Notes under the pieces: generated by a model
What the model saw: only the letters and a program-made list of their open reading frames with translations
The model's database searches: none
What the model was told of the DNA's origin: nothing
Shown: positions 1 through 10,636 of the stretch, piece after piece
Layout: every line of letters starts with the position of its first letter
How positions within the stretch are numbered: the stretch's first letter is position 1
Source: an uncultured Gammaproteobacteria bacterium
GTDB taxonomy: Bacteria > Pseudomonadota > Gammaproteobacteria > JABCZS01
NCBI GenBank assembly: GCA_963848305.1
Contig: CAWKDC010000004.1
Span: 1-51,504, forward strand
DNA: 51,504 bases
Direction: 5' to 3'
Program-made: the position numbers and the translations under genes

Positions 1-2443
1 ATGCCAGCAAGCGGACATGTTGTATCCGGCTGACCGATTTTGAGGAAGACATGAGTGCGTCTTCCCCTATTGAGCAGTACATGGTCTCAGTGCTCAATGG
101 TGATTGGTTGATGCCTCGGTGGTATCAGTGGTACCACAGTATGACCCAGGCAGAAATTGACCGGTATCTGCTCAGAACCTTTATGTTGTTTCGTGATAAA
201 AAGGATGCGCCACTTACAACATTTCGCCCAGGCGAGCAAGCAGTCATTGCGTTATTAGCACAAGGGGCATATTCACCCATCATGGGTTGCATTAATGCAG
301 TCAATCCAATGGGGGATATTGTTACGGAGAATTCTTATAGACAAAAACAGCGGTAAGACACCAACATGGTTTTCTCAGTTGATGAGAGGGTTTAGCGCGT
401 TAACGCGCTGGATATCGGATGATAAGCATAAACCAACCAATGTGACCGTGACCTCAGAAGGGGACATCTATCACATCAAGCATGGTGATAAACCACCCGT
501 AACTCACCATCGACTTATCGAAGCGAAGCAACAATATGCGGAGACATCCTGGTGGCAATTTTTCAAGAAACGGGCTTTAAGAAGAGATTACCCTTTTGAT
601 GTTCCCACACTGAGCCGTGCCTGGGATTGTTATTGGGTAGAGCAAGAGGAGGAATTGATGAAAGGTCAACGGTAAAGAAGCAAACGACGCAGACATGGCT
701 GCCAAAAAAAGGCGCGATGAGATGACAATCGTGCTTCGCACAGAAACATATTCAATGGGTGTTCTATACGACCATCATTTTCAGCCAAATTCACCAAAAC
801 ACCAAAGAGCTGGAAACAATTGTCAAAGATGAAAATAACTTTGTTCGTTTCAAGGAGCGGGTAACCGCTGTCAATGGGCGATGGAAAGCAAGGATGGAGG
901 AAATCCAGCAAATCATTGCTATTCTAAAGGCCAGAGCAAAGAGTACCCCTAAGGAAGACAGGCCTGCCAAGAGAACATCACACGATTTGAGAATCTATAC
1001 GAGCGCTCTGTAGATGGTGCATATCGCAAAGCTATGGAAAGCGCCGAAGAGAAGTTGGCACAAAATCCTCGGGCAGTACCGAACATTGTGCATGAGTGGC
1101 ATGGGGTGCAGAGGGAAATCTCAAAATATCTGGCCATATCTACAGAAAGGGTTTTGCATGCAGAAGGTAATGCCATTTTCACAGAGTATTATCGTTTGCT
1201 GGGATTGCTCAGTAAAATCCGAGCCTTGTTAGGGGAGAACAGTGCTAGCCCCTATACTCCAGCAAGTTACGGCTCAGGAAAGTGGGCTTGGAGAACATTA
1301 CAATAAATTAAATCAGGCACGAAGCATAGCCATTTCTGTCGGAACACAAAATTTTCAGTATTTGGGCGTAAAAGCAAATGATGAAATGCGTGCACTATTT
1401 GACAGCATGGCAGGACTCAGCGACATTAGCATCGAGCTTTTTGAACAGAATGCGGATGCTATTGTCAACAGATTCATATTGGAAACTCAACGGATCTGCT
1501 CAGGCGATGTGCCAGAGCTAGCGAAAGAAAGGGGTAATATCATCGAAGCGCTGAATGCGATTCAGCTGGAATACTCCAATCAATTAAAGGAACGTTTAAA
1601 AGAAGGGCAGCGAGCAGTAGTTGTGCTGGCCTCATCATCAGCTCGCCCTCAACCGACACGAGCCACTATCAACGCTGGTGAGATACCGCTAGAATTTCGT
1701 CAATACTCTTATGTTGCACTGGAGGCATATAAAATACTGGGTATTGACCCGGGGGCGCCAAGGGAAACCCTGGGCAGTATATATCGACACAAATCAATAT
1801 ATGTCCACCCGGATAAGTGCAATAATAACAGTGATGCTCATCATGAGTTCACGAAATTACAATGGGCGCATTTGTATTTGACCGAAAGCGAAGATTCAGT
1901 ATTGTATGACGATAAGCGTCATCCTTCATTGGCATTTATGTTAAGGAATATCGAAGAAACAGAAGAGTTTTTGGGAAAGAAGTTTGTATATCTGGAAGAG
2001 TCGATTGCGAAACTTGGCGAGAAACGGAGAGAGATTGCTGAGGAGCTGAGCGAGAATGCTGAGAGATGAGGAAGAATGCTGAGCAAAGCCAGGCCAATGG
2101 AGCATTATTAAGCGAGATCATTCTCTCGGGAGATGTGACGATCAAAGAAGTTTCCAGGGAAGTCAGGTCGCTTCGTGCGATGGTGGAGTTGTACATTGCG
2201 CAGCAACAATCAGGGGCGCCAAAAGCAGCCAGTGTGCCGCAGAGTCCTCATGCTGCTGACGATTCCCACACCGCACCAGAATTAGACACATCAAATACCA
2301 CAACAGATACTGCATCAACTGCGTCGAGCGGAAGAAATTCAATAGGTTCAACAAACGAACCGTTCACTATGATGTATGCAGGTGCTGGCAAGCCAACTGC
2401 GGATGCAGATCCTGACAGTACGATGGCAGCTGCGCCTACATAA
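1..2443 (+). CDS. J-domain (HPD) coiled-coil protein, array copy 1; 5'-partial and broken by several single-base frameshifts (probably sequencing errors)
   Basis: ORF fragments 51-356, 295-675, 759-1013, 1034-1306, 1242-2069 and 2066-2443 tile onto copy 2. Nt 1-1405 are near-identical to about 2530-3930. J-domain YKILGI...VHPDKC...FTKLQWAH. Same C-terminal tail (...STMAAAPT). Confidence 0.8.
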
Positions 2444-2456
2444 CGCAGGAGACTTT

Positions 2457-5180
2457 ATGTCACAAAGCCCACAAGAGATGTTTGAGCGTGTTGCGGGGAA
2501 GCTGAGTCAAGATGCTGAGTTTTCCAATATATGCCAGCAAGCGGACATGTTGTATCCGGCTGACCGATTTGAGGAAGACATGAGTGCGTCTTCCCCTATT
2601 GAGCAGTACATGGTCTCAGTGCTCAATGGTGATTGGTTGATGCCTCGGTGGTATCAGTGGTACCACAGTATGACCCAGGCAGAAATTGACCGGTATCTGC
2701 TCAGAACCTTTATGTTGTTTCGTGATAAAAAGGATGCGCCACTTACAACATTTCGCCCAGGCGAGCAAGCAGTCATTGCGTTATTAGCACAAGGGGCATA
2801 TTCACCCATCATGCGCTGCATTAATGCAGTCAATCCAATGGGGATATTGTTACGGAGAATCTATAGAGAATACTTCAGCAGTGAGACACCAACATGGTTT
2901 TCTCAGTTGATGAGAGGGTTTAACGCGTTAACGCGCTGGATATCGGATGATAAGCATAAACCAACCAATGTGACCGTGACCTCAGAAGGGGACATCTATC
3001 ACATCAAGCATGGTGATAAACCACCCGTAACTCACCATCGACTTATCGAAGCGAAGCAACAATATGCGGAGACATCCTGGTGGCAATTTTTCAAGAAACG
3101 GGCTTTAAGAAGAGATTACCCTTTTGATGTTCCCACACTGAGCCGTGCCTGGGATTGTTATTGGGTAGAGCAAGAGGAGGAATTGATGAAAGGTCAACGT
3201 AAAGAAGCAAACGACGCAGACATGGCTGCCAAAAAAAGGCGCGATGAGATGACAATCGTGCTTCGCACAGAAACATATTCAATGGGTGTTCTATACGACC
3301 ATCATTTCAGCCAAATTCACCAAAACACCAAAGAGCTGGAAACAATTGTCAAAGATGAAAATAACTTTGTTCGTTTCAAGGAGCGGGTAGGTGCTGTCAA
3401 TGGGCGATGGAAAGCAAGGATGGAGGAAATCCAGCAAATCATTGCTATTCTAAAGGCCAGAGCAAAGAGTACCCCTAAGGAAGACAGGGCCTGCCAAGAG
3501 AACATCACACGATTTGAGAATCTATACGAGCGCTCTGTAGATGGTGCATATCGCAAAGCCATGGAAAGCGCCGAAGAGAAGTTGGCACAAAATCCTTGGG
3601 CATTACCGAACATTGTGCATGAGTGGCATGGGGTGCAGAGGGAAATCTCAAAATATCTGGCCATATCTACAGAAAGGGTTTTGCATGCAGAAGGTAATGC
3701 CATTTTCACAGAGTATTATCGTTTGCTGGGATTGCTCAGTAAAATCCGAGCCTTGTTAGGGGAGAACAGTGCTAGCCCTATACTCCAGCAAGTTACGGCT
3801 CAGGAAAGTGGGCTTGGAGAACATCACAATAAATTAAATCAGGCACGAAGCATAGCCATTTCTGTCGGAACACAAGATTTTCAGTATTTTGGCGTAAAAG
3901 CAAACGATGAAATGCGTGCACTATTTGACAGCATGGGAGAGCTCAGCGACATTAGGATTCAGCTTTTTGAACAGAAAGCGGATGGCATCATCAACAACTT
4001 TATATCAAGAACGATGATTATCTGCTCAGGCGATGTGCCAGAGCTAGCGAAAGAAAGGGATGATATCATCAAAGCGCTGAGCGAGATTCAGCGCTCATTA
4101 TCTAATAAATTACAGAAACGAATAGCTGCATCGAGGGTAGCGGTTGTGGGTGTTTCGGCTCCGGCGCCTCTGCCAGCAGCCCCAAGAGCTGCTTCCAATG
4201 AAAGCATTGAAGAGCGAGTATACAGCTTCGATGCGCAGCGTGCTTATAAGTTGTTGGGTGTTGCTCCGGGTGTGCCTAAAAGTGCACTAGACAGCGCCTA
4301 TCGGAAAAAAGCATTAACATGCCATACAGATAAAAACTCGACAACAGGTCAGGACTTTCTTGACTTGAAAGAGGCACATCTTTTTCTGACAGAAAAAGGT
4401 GGGGATTTGCAATATGTGCATAAATCACAGGCAAATAGCTATGCATTTTGCTTAAGAAATGAGTTACAGAGTGTGGCATGGGATCGGGAAATGAAGCGGA
4501 GGAATAAGCAGACTCTGGAAGAAATCAAGCAAATTAATCGGTTCGGCGAAGCGCAAAATGCTGAGACTATTGGAATATGGCAGAGGATTTCTGAACAGCA
4601 AGATAAAATTGCAGCAAAGTGGAGGGAGATTGGTGCGGGATGGAGGAATATTGGAGAGACGAGTGCTGAAACCGCCAGGGACAGGAGAGAGTATTATGGG
4701 GAAGCATTTAAAAGACTAGATGCAATGCATCAGGATAGTCTGGAAACTGCTAAGAAAATTGAGGAGATCCAGGTGGTATCAAAGACCTGTCAAGATTTTG
4801 ACGAGCAACTGCAACAGGAGATCGTGCAAAATAGGCAGCAATTGCAGCAAAGCAGGCAAGAACTTGATGCAATCAAACAAGCAATAGTCTCAAACCTTGA
4901 ATTAGTGTTGGAAGACCACAATAAGGATAAAGACCCTGCGCAGCAGCTTCATTTCAGCTTGCCTTGTATGGTTCATGACCCAGACGACTCTCACACCGCC
5001 ACCGCACCAGAATTAGACACATCAAATACCACAACAGATACCGCTTCAACTGCGTCGAGTGGAAGAAATTCAATAGGTTCAACAAACGAACCGTTCACTA
5101 TGATGTATGCAGGTGCTGGCAAGCCAACTGCGGATGCAGCAGATCCTCATGACAGTACGATGGCAGCTGCGCCTACATAA
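2457..5180 (+). CDS. J-like-domain (HTD) coiled-coil protein, array copy 2 (907 aa), putative secreted effector
   Basis: Intact ORF. AGGAG RBS before ATG 2457. AYKLLGV...AYRKKALTCHTDKN...FLDLKEAH matches the J-domain pattern with HPD changed to HTD. Heptad-rich C-terminal part. Confidence 0.85.
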   Translation: MSQSPQEMFERVAGKLSQDAEFSNICQQADMLYPADRFEEDMSASSPIEQYMVSVLNGDWLMPRWYQWYHSMTQAEIDRYLLRTFMLFRDKKDAPLTTFRPGEQAVIALLAQGAYSPIMRCINAVNPMGILLRRIYREYFSSETPTWFSQLMRGFNALTRWISDDKHKPTNVTVTSEGDIYHIKHGDKPPVTHHRLIEAKQQYAETSWWQFFKKRALRRDYPFDVPTLSRAWDCYWVEQEEELMKGQRKEANDADMAAKKRRDEMTIVLRTETYSMGVLYDHHFSQIHQNTKELETIVKDENNFVRFKERVGAVNGRWKARMEEIQQIIAILKARAKSTPKEDRACQENITRFENLYERSVDGAYRKAMESAEEKLAQNPWALPNIVHEWHGVQREISKYLAISTERVLHAEGNAIFTEYYRLLGLLSKIRALLGENSASPILQQVTAQESGLGEHHNKLNQARSIAISVGTQDFQYFGVKANDEMRALFDSMGELSDIRIQLFEQKADGIINNFISRTMIICSGDVPELAKERDDIIKALSEIQRSLSNKLQKRIAASRVAVVGVSAPAPLPAAPRAASNESIEERVYSFDAQRAYKLLGVAPGVPKSALDSAYRKKALTCHTDKNSTTGQDFLDLKEAHLFLTEKGGDLQYVHKSQANSYAFCLRNELQSVAWDREMKRRNKQTLEEIKQINRFGEAQNAETIGIWQRISEQQDKIAAKWREIGAGWRNIGETSAETARDRREYYGEAFKRLDAMHQDSLETAKKIEEIQVVSKTCQDFDEQLQQEIVQNRQQLQQSRQELDAIKQAIVSNLELVLEDHNKDKDPAQQLHFSLPCMVHDPDDSHTATAPELDTSNTTTDTASTASSGRNSIGSTNEPFTMMYAGAGKPTADAADPHDSTMAAAPT

Positions 5181-5193
5181 CGCAGGAGACTTT

Positions 5194-7935
5194 ATGTCAC
5201 AAAGCCCACAAGAGATGTTTGAGCGTGTTGCGGGAAAGCTGAGTCAAGATGCTATGTTTTCCGATATATGCCAGCAAGCGGACATGTTGTATCCGGCTGA
5301 CCGATTTGAGAGAGACATGAGTGCGTCTTCCCCTATTGAGCAGTACATGGTCTCAGTGCTCAACGGTGATTGGTTGATGCCTCGGTGGTATCAGTGGTAC
5401 CACCGTATGACTCAGGCAGAAATCGACCGGTATCTGCTCAGAACCTTTATGTTGTTTCGTGATAAAAAGGATGCGCCGCTTACAACATTTCGCCCAGGCG
5501 AGCAAGCAGTCATTGCGTTATTAGCACAAGGGGCATATTCACCCATCATGCGCTGCATTAATGCAGTCAATCCAATGGGGATATTGTTACGGAGAATCTA
5601 TAGAGAATACTTCAGCAGTGAGACACCAACATGGTTTTCTCAGTTGATGAGAGGGTTTAACGCGTTAACGCGCTGGATATCGGATGATAAGCATAAGCTA
5701 ACCAATGTGACCGTGACCTTAGAAGGGGACATCTATCACATCAAGCATGGTGATAAACCACCCGTAACTCACCATCAACTTATCGAAGCGAAGCAACAAT
5801 ATGCGGAGACATCCTGGTGGCAATTTTTCAAGAAACGGGCTTTAAGAAGAGATTACCCTTTTGATGTTCCCACACTGAGCCGTGCCTGGGATTGTTATTG
5901 GGTAGAGCAAGAGGAGGAATTGATGAAGAAAGAGAGTGGAAAATTAACTTACAATCATGAAGCAGCAAAGCCCCTCCGAGATAAGATGAGAATTACGATT
6001 GGTTTGGAAGAATATCAGGTGGGTGAACGGTATCAGCATTATTGCTCTGAGCTCCATCGAATCCTCAAGGAACTGGATGGCATTCTTAATGAAAATAGGC
6101 GCGTCCGATTCGACGAAAGGTTGGAGTGCGCTGTAGAAGCATGGAATGAAAGCATCCTGGGGATCCAGCAAATCATTGCTATTCTCACAGACATACAGGC
6201 TTCCGGCGCCGATCAAAGTAAAGTTAAAGCATGTCAAGATAATGTGGTGCTTTTTGAAAGTTTGCGTGATTATGCGGAAGGTCTCCTGGTGCCCGCAAAA
6301 GCAAAGATACGTGAGAGGTTAGCCCAAGACCCTTGGTCACTACCCAATATTGTCAGTGAGTTTTCCGCAATAGAGAAGTCTATCAATGCATATCTCGCAA
6401 TATCGCATGACCGTCTTTTGCATGAGCATGCTGATTCAATGAATAAAGAGTACATTCGTCTAGTGTTGTTGCTGCAAAAAATGAAGGACTTACTTGGGGA
6501 TGGTAATACCAGCCCCATCCTCAGTGAAAAGATAATCGCACACGAACTCCAATTAGAGAAGAGGTACGAAGAATTGAAACAAGCGCGGGCGCTAGCCATT
6601 GCGGTCGCACGACAGGATTTTCAGGCTTTGTCTGTAACAGCAAACGATGAAATGCGTGCACTATTTGACGGCATGGGAGAGCTCAGCGACATTAGCATCG
6701 AGCTTTTTGAACAGAAAGCGGATGGCATCATCAACAACTTTATATCAAGAACGATGATTATCTGCTCAGGCGATGTGCCAGAGCTAGCGAAAGAAAGGGA
6801 TGATATCATCAAAGCGCTGAGCGAGATTCAGCGCTCATTATCTAATAAATTACAGAAACGAATAGCTGCATCGAGGGTAGCGGTTGTGGGTGTTTCGGCT
6901 CCGGCGCCTCTGCCAGCAGCCCCAAGAGCTGCTTCCAATGAAAGCATTGAAGAGCGAGTATACAGCTTCGATGCGCAGCGTGCTTATAAGTTGTTGGGTG
7001 TTGCTCCGGGTGTGCCTAAAAGTGCACTAGACAGCGCCTATCGGAAAAAAGCATTAACATGCCATACAGATAAAAACTCGACAACAGGTCAGGACTTTCT
7101 TGACTTGAAAGAGGCACATCTTTTTCTGACAGAAAAAGGTGGGGATTTGCAATATGTGCATAAATCACAGGCAAATAGCTATGCATTTTGCTTAAGAAAT
7201 GAGTTACAGAGTGTGGCATGGGATCGGGAAATGAAGCGGAGGAATAAGCAGACTCTGGAAGAAATCAAGCAAATTAATCGGTTCGGCGAAGCGCAAAATG
7301 CTGAGACTATTGGAATATGGCAGAGGATTTCTGAACAGCAAGATCAAATTGCAGCAAAGTGGAGGGAGATTGGTGCGGGATATACCGAAATTTCACAGGG
7401 GTGGGGAGATATACGAGAGATGCGCGCTGAAACCGCCAGGGACAGGAGAGAGTATTATGGGGAAGCATTTAAAAGACTAGATGCAATGCATCAGGATAGT
7501 CTGGAAACTGCTAAGAAAATTGAGGAGATCCAGGAGGTATCAAAGACCTGTCAAGATTTTGACGAGCAACTGCAACAGGAGATCGTGCAAAATAGGCAGC
7601 AATTGCAGCAAAGCAGGCAAGAACTTGATGCAATCAAACAAGCAATAGTCTCAAACCTTGAATTAGTGTTGGAAGACCACAATAAGGATAAAGACCCTGC
7701 GCAGCAGCTTCATTTCAGCTTGCCTTGTATGGTTCATGACCCAGACGACTCTCACACCGCCACCGCACCAGAATTAGACACATCAAATACCACAACAGAT
7801 ACCGCTTCAACTGCGTCGAGTGGAAGAAATTCAATAGGTTCAACAAACGAACCGTTCACTATGATGTATGCAGGTGCTGGCAAGCCAACTGCGGATGCAG
7901 ATCCTGACAGTACGATGGCAGCTGCGCCTACATAA
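5194..7935 (+). CDS. J-like-domain (HTD) coiled-coil protein, array copy 3 (913 aa)
   Basis: Intact ORF with the same RBS spacer. N-terminal and C-terminal parts near-identical to copy 2; central ~240 aa divergent. Confidence 0.85.
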   Translation: MSQSPQEMFERVAGKLSQDAMFSDICQQADMLYPADRFERDMSASSPIEQYMVSVLNGDWLMPRWYQWYHRMTQAEIDRYLLRTFMLFRDKKDAPLTTFRPGEQAVIALLAQGAYSPIMRCINAVNPMGILLRRIYREYFSSETPTWFSQLMRGFNALTRWISDDKHKLTNVTVTLEGDIYHIKHGDKPPVTHHQLIEAKQQYAETSWWQFFKKRALRRDYPFDVPTLSRAWDCYWVEQEEELMKKESGKLTYNHEAAKPLRDKMRITIGLEEYQVGERYQHYCSELHRILKELDGILNENRRVRFDERLECAVEAWNESILGIQQIIAILTDIQASGADQSKVKACQDNVVLFESLRDYAEGLLVPAKAKIRERLAQDPWSLPNIVSEFSAIEKSINAYLAISHDRLLHEHADSMNKEYIRLVLLLQKMKDLLGDGNTSPILSEKIIAHELQLEKRYEELKQARALAIAVARQDFQALSVTANDEMRALFDGMGELSDISIELFEQKADGIINNFISRTMIICSGDVPELAKERDDIIKALSEIQRSLSNKLQKRIAASRVAVVGVSAPAPLPAAPRAASNESIEERVYSFDAQRAYKLLGVAPGVPKSALDSAYRKKALTCHTDKNSTTGQDFLDLKEAHLFLTEKGGDLQYVHKSQANSYAFCLRNELQSVAWDREMKRRNKQTLEEIKQINRFGEAQNAETIGIWQRISEQQDQIAAKWREIGAGYTEISQGWGDIREMRAETARDRREYYGEAFKRLDAMHQDSLETAKKIEEIQEVSKTCQDFDEQLQQEIVQNRQQLQQSRQELDAIKQAIVSNLELVLEDHNKDKDPAQQLHFSLPCMVHDPDDSHTATAPELDTSNTTTDTASTASSGRNSIGSTNEPFTMMYAGAGKPTADADPDSTMAAAPT

Positions 7936-7948
7936 CGCAGGAGACTTT

Positions 7949-10255
7949 ATGTCACAAAGCCCACAAGAGATGTTTATGCGTGTTGCGGGGAAGCTTAGTC
8001 AAGATGCTAAGTTTTCCGATATATGCCAGCAAGCGGACATGTTGTATCCGGCTGACCGATTTGAGGAAGACATGAGTGCGTCTTCCCCTATTGAGCAGTA
8101 CATAGTCTCATTGCTAGGCGGTGGCTGGCTCATGCCATTTTGGTATCGGTGGTACCACAGTATGACTCAGGCAGAAATCGACCGTTATGTGGTTAGAGCG
8201 CTCTTACTGTTTCGTGATAAAAAGGATGCGCCGCTTACAACATTTCGCCCAGGCGAGCAGGCATTGATAGGGCTTTTGGGCGGAAGTGTATATTCACCGA
8301 TAGTACACTTCCTCAATGCCATGAACCCTATTGGCATACTATTGCGCAGAGTATGCTCAATCTATGGCCGTATCAGCCGCGAAACTGCAGATTGGTTTTG
8401 GCAAGTAAGTAAACAGCCATCCACGAGCAATGCGATAGTACCGATGCCTAACCAAAGACAGGAAGAAATACCTTGGTGGCAAGTATTCAAAAAACGGGCA
8501 ATAAAACAGGCTTGGGACGATTACTGGTCTGGGCAAGAGCATGCCTCTTTTCAAAAAAGCGATGTGGAGGAGCAAAAGATGAAAAACACTGAGAACGAAT
8601 TAACCTGAACCGGAACTCAATTTATCGCTATTGACAATGAGCAATATGAGATTGGCCAATGGATTAGCCAAATCAACCACGCCACACAAGCCGCAATCTC
8701 TCAGCTTGAAAAATTGGTGAATGAGGATGATAGGGATGTTTTTTGGGAGCAAGTTACACTTGCCCATCAATCCTGGGAAAAGTGCTGTGAAAACCATCAG
8801 AAAACTGTAATCTCCCTGCGTGCAATGTCCCAACCAGACAATGCCATGCAAGAAGGTTTAGACAATTTGCAGGTTTTATTCAAGAGAGCAAAAGAACGCT
8901 GGGAAGCAGTGAATAGAAAGATAGAGCAGAAATTGCGACAAAACCCTTGGTCACCAGAAAGTATAGAAGCTCAGTGGGAAACAACGAAAGAAGCTGTGCG
9001 TTCCTATCAGTCCGATAAGCCAGATGGTTGGTTTTTGAGCGAAGGTGTTGAAGCCGTTAAGCGTGAGTACGAAGAATTAATGTCTGCATTCAAGCGGATC
9101 AAAGTGCTTCTTCGGGGAAACAGTGCAAGCAGCATACTCGATGAAATGGATGAGTGGGGTAAGGCAGTCAACGCCTGTTATCGTTTGCGCAGTTTTCAGA
9201 TATTGCTCAAAGCAAGTCAGGCAGAAAAGGAGTTTTATGCTCTGGCTCAAGAAGTAGTCAGGAAAATGAAAGGCGAATATGATGCAATGTTGAATTGTAA
9301 AAGGGTAGATATATCGGTTTATCTTGAAAAATCAAACAAATTAATCGCTGACTTTATTAAAAAGACCAGGGAAATAAATCCAGCTTGCTTGCAAAAGCTT
9401 GACGAAAGGAGAAAATGGCTTGAAGGTATGCTCAAATCTTTTCAAGAAAAATACTGCAGGCATTTAGAGGAACGATTAGTTGAAATCGATGCAGAAAGAA
9501 CAGCCCTTGCCACCGTACCTGCGCCCGAACCCACGCCAAGATCACAGATCTCTTCTGCAGAAGCTTCGGATGAAATATCCCTGGAGCATCGAAAATATTA
9601 TTTCATGGCAGAGCACGCATATCAAGTACTGGGGATCGAACTGGGGGCGCCCAAAAATAAATTAGAGAGTGCATATCGAAAACAATCATTAAATTTTCAT
9701 CCTGATAAAAATTCAGACTGCGCTGATGAATTCATGAAATTGAAATGGGCGTTGTTACATTTAACGACAAACGATAAAGAAGCATTGTATGTTGACAATC
9801 GTAATATCCCGCATGAATTTTATATAAAAGATGCACTGGAAACGGAGGAATTTAAAAGGGAAGGCTGCATTTATATTAAAAACGCCATTGCTGAAATATC
9901 TGCAAAGCATAAAGAGCGCGCAAGGGCAATCAAAATTATGGATGCGGAGATAAAGGCACTTGAGGAAGGGGCCAAGATCAATGGAGAACATCAACAGAAA
10001 AATGACGAAAAACTAAAAAACATTGTTAATCGAATGGACATCTTGTTTGAAAAGCTAGCGCTTTATGAAGCGCAACAAGCAACTGGCGCTGAGCCTTTAG
10101 TACTTCAGACATCCAATGTCGCCGAAGAGTCGCGTGATACAACGCCATCTAGCGACAGTTTGAGCGTAGGATCACCACCAATTACATTTGCATACAAAGC
10201 AGAAACATTACAAATACCAGTCTCCGAAAACGAGGCAAGGTTTGTTCCTGAGTAA
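7949..10255 (+). CDS. J-domain (HPD) protein, array copy 4, interrupted by one in-frame TGA at 8606-8608
   Basis: ORFs 7949-8608 and 8714-10255 share one frame and 8609-8713 is open (TGTQFIAIDNEQYEIGQW..., aligning with ITIGLEEYQVGERY of copy 3). J-domain AYQVLGI...FHPDKN. Confidence 0.8.
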
Positions 10256-10285
10256 GATGCTCTAAGTAACACCGCAGGAGAATCC

Positions 10286-10486
10286 ATGTCCTCACCAACG
10301 CCGCAAGAAAGATTCAAGAGGGTGGCGAACCTGTTGGGACAAGACTTGGCATTTTCCAATATATGCCAGCAAGCGAACATGGTGTATCCGGCTGACCGAT
10401 TTGAGGAAGACATGAGTGCGTCTTCCCCTATTGAGCAGTACATGGTCTCAGTGCTCAATGGTGATTGGTTGATGCCTCGGGGCTAG
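10286..10486 (+). pseudogene. Truncated array copy 5 (N-terminal 66 aa only)
   Basis: CGCAGGAGA RBS. Nt ~10352-10479 are near-identical to the start of copy 2 (FSNICQQA...DWLMPR), then an abrupt stop. Confidence 0.8.
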
Positions 10487-10534
10487 ATCAGACAGACTAA
10501 GTCAATAGAGTGTGTTCAGCAGATGAAATGCTAT

Positions 10535-10636
10535 CGCGCTTTCAGCGCTACCATATTCTTTCTATATTTTACCTGGGGTTACGATGCGCTGCGCGCATCT
10601 CACCCCAGGCTATTTCCTTTGGAGGCCTACGGCCTC
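10535..10636. repeat. REP-like multi-hairpin palindromic element
   Basis: GCGCTTTCAGCGC; CCTGGGGT..GATGCGC-TGC-GCGCATC..ACCCCAGG; GAGGCC-TAC-GGCCTC. Confidence 0.6.

Larger units (their letters stand above)
1..10480 (+). repeat. Tandem repeat array with ~2.3-2.75 kb units
   Basis: Junction ...GCGCCTACATAACGCAGGAGACTTTATGTCACAAAGCCCAC... recurs at ~2432, ~5169 and ~7924. Confidence 0.95.

Noticed and set aside
1-2443. Copy 1 as a true pseudogene or phase-variable gene
   Set aside because: The indels are mainly +/-1 in short homopolymers at the error-rich window edge, so they cannot be separated from read error.
8606-8608. TGA recoding (alternative genetic code or selenocysteine)
   Set aside because: TGA ends conserved genes normally here (mlaA, ung) and no other conserved gene shows an in-frame TGA. 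Sec insertion has no support because the paralogues have no Cys at this position.
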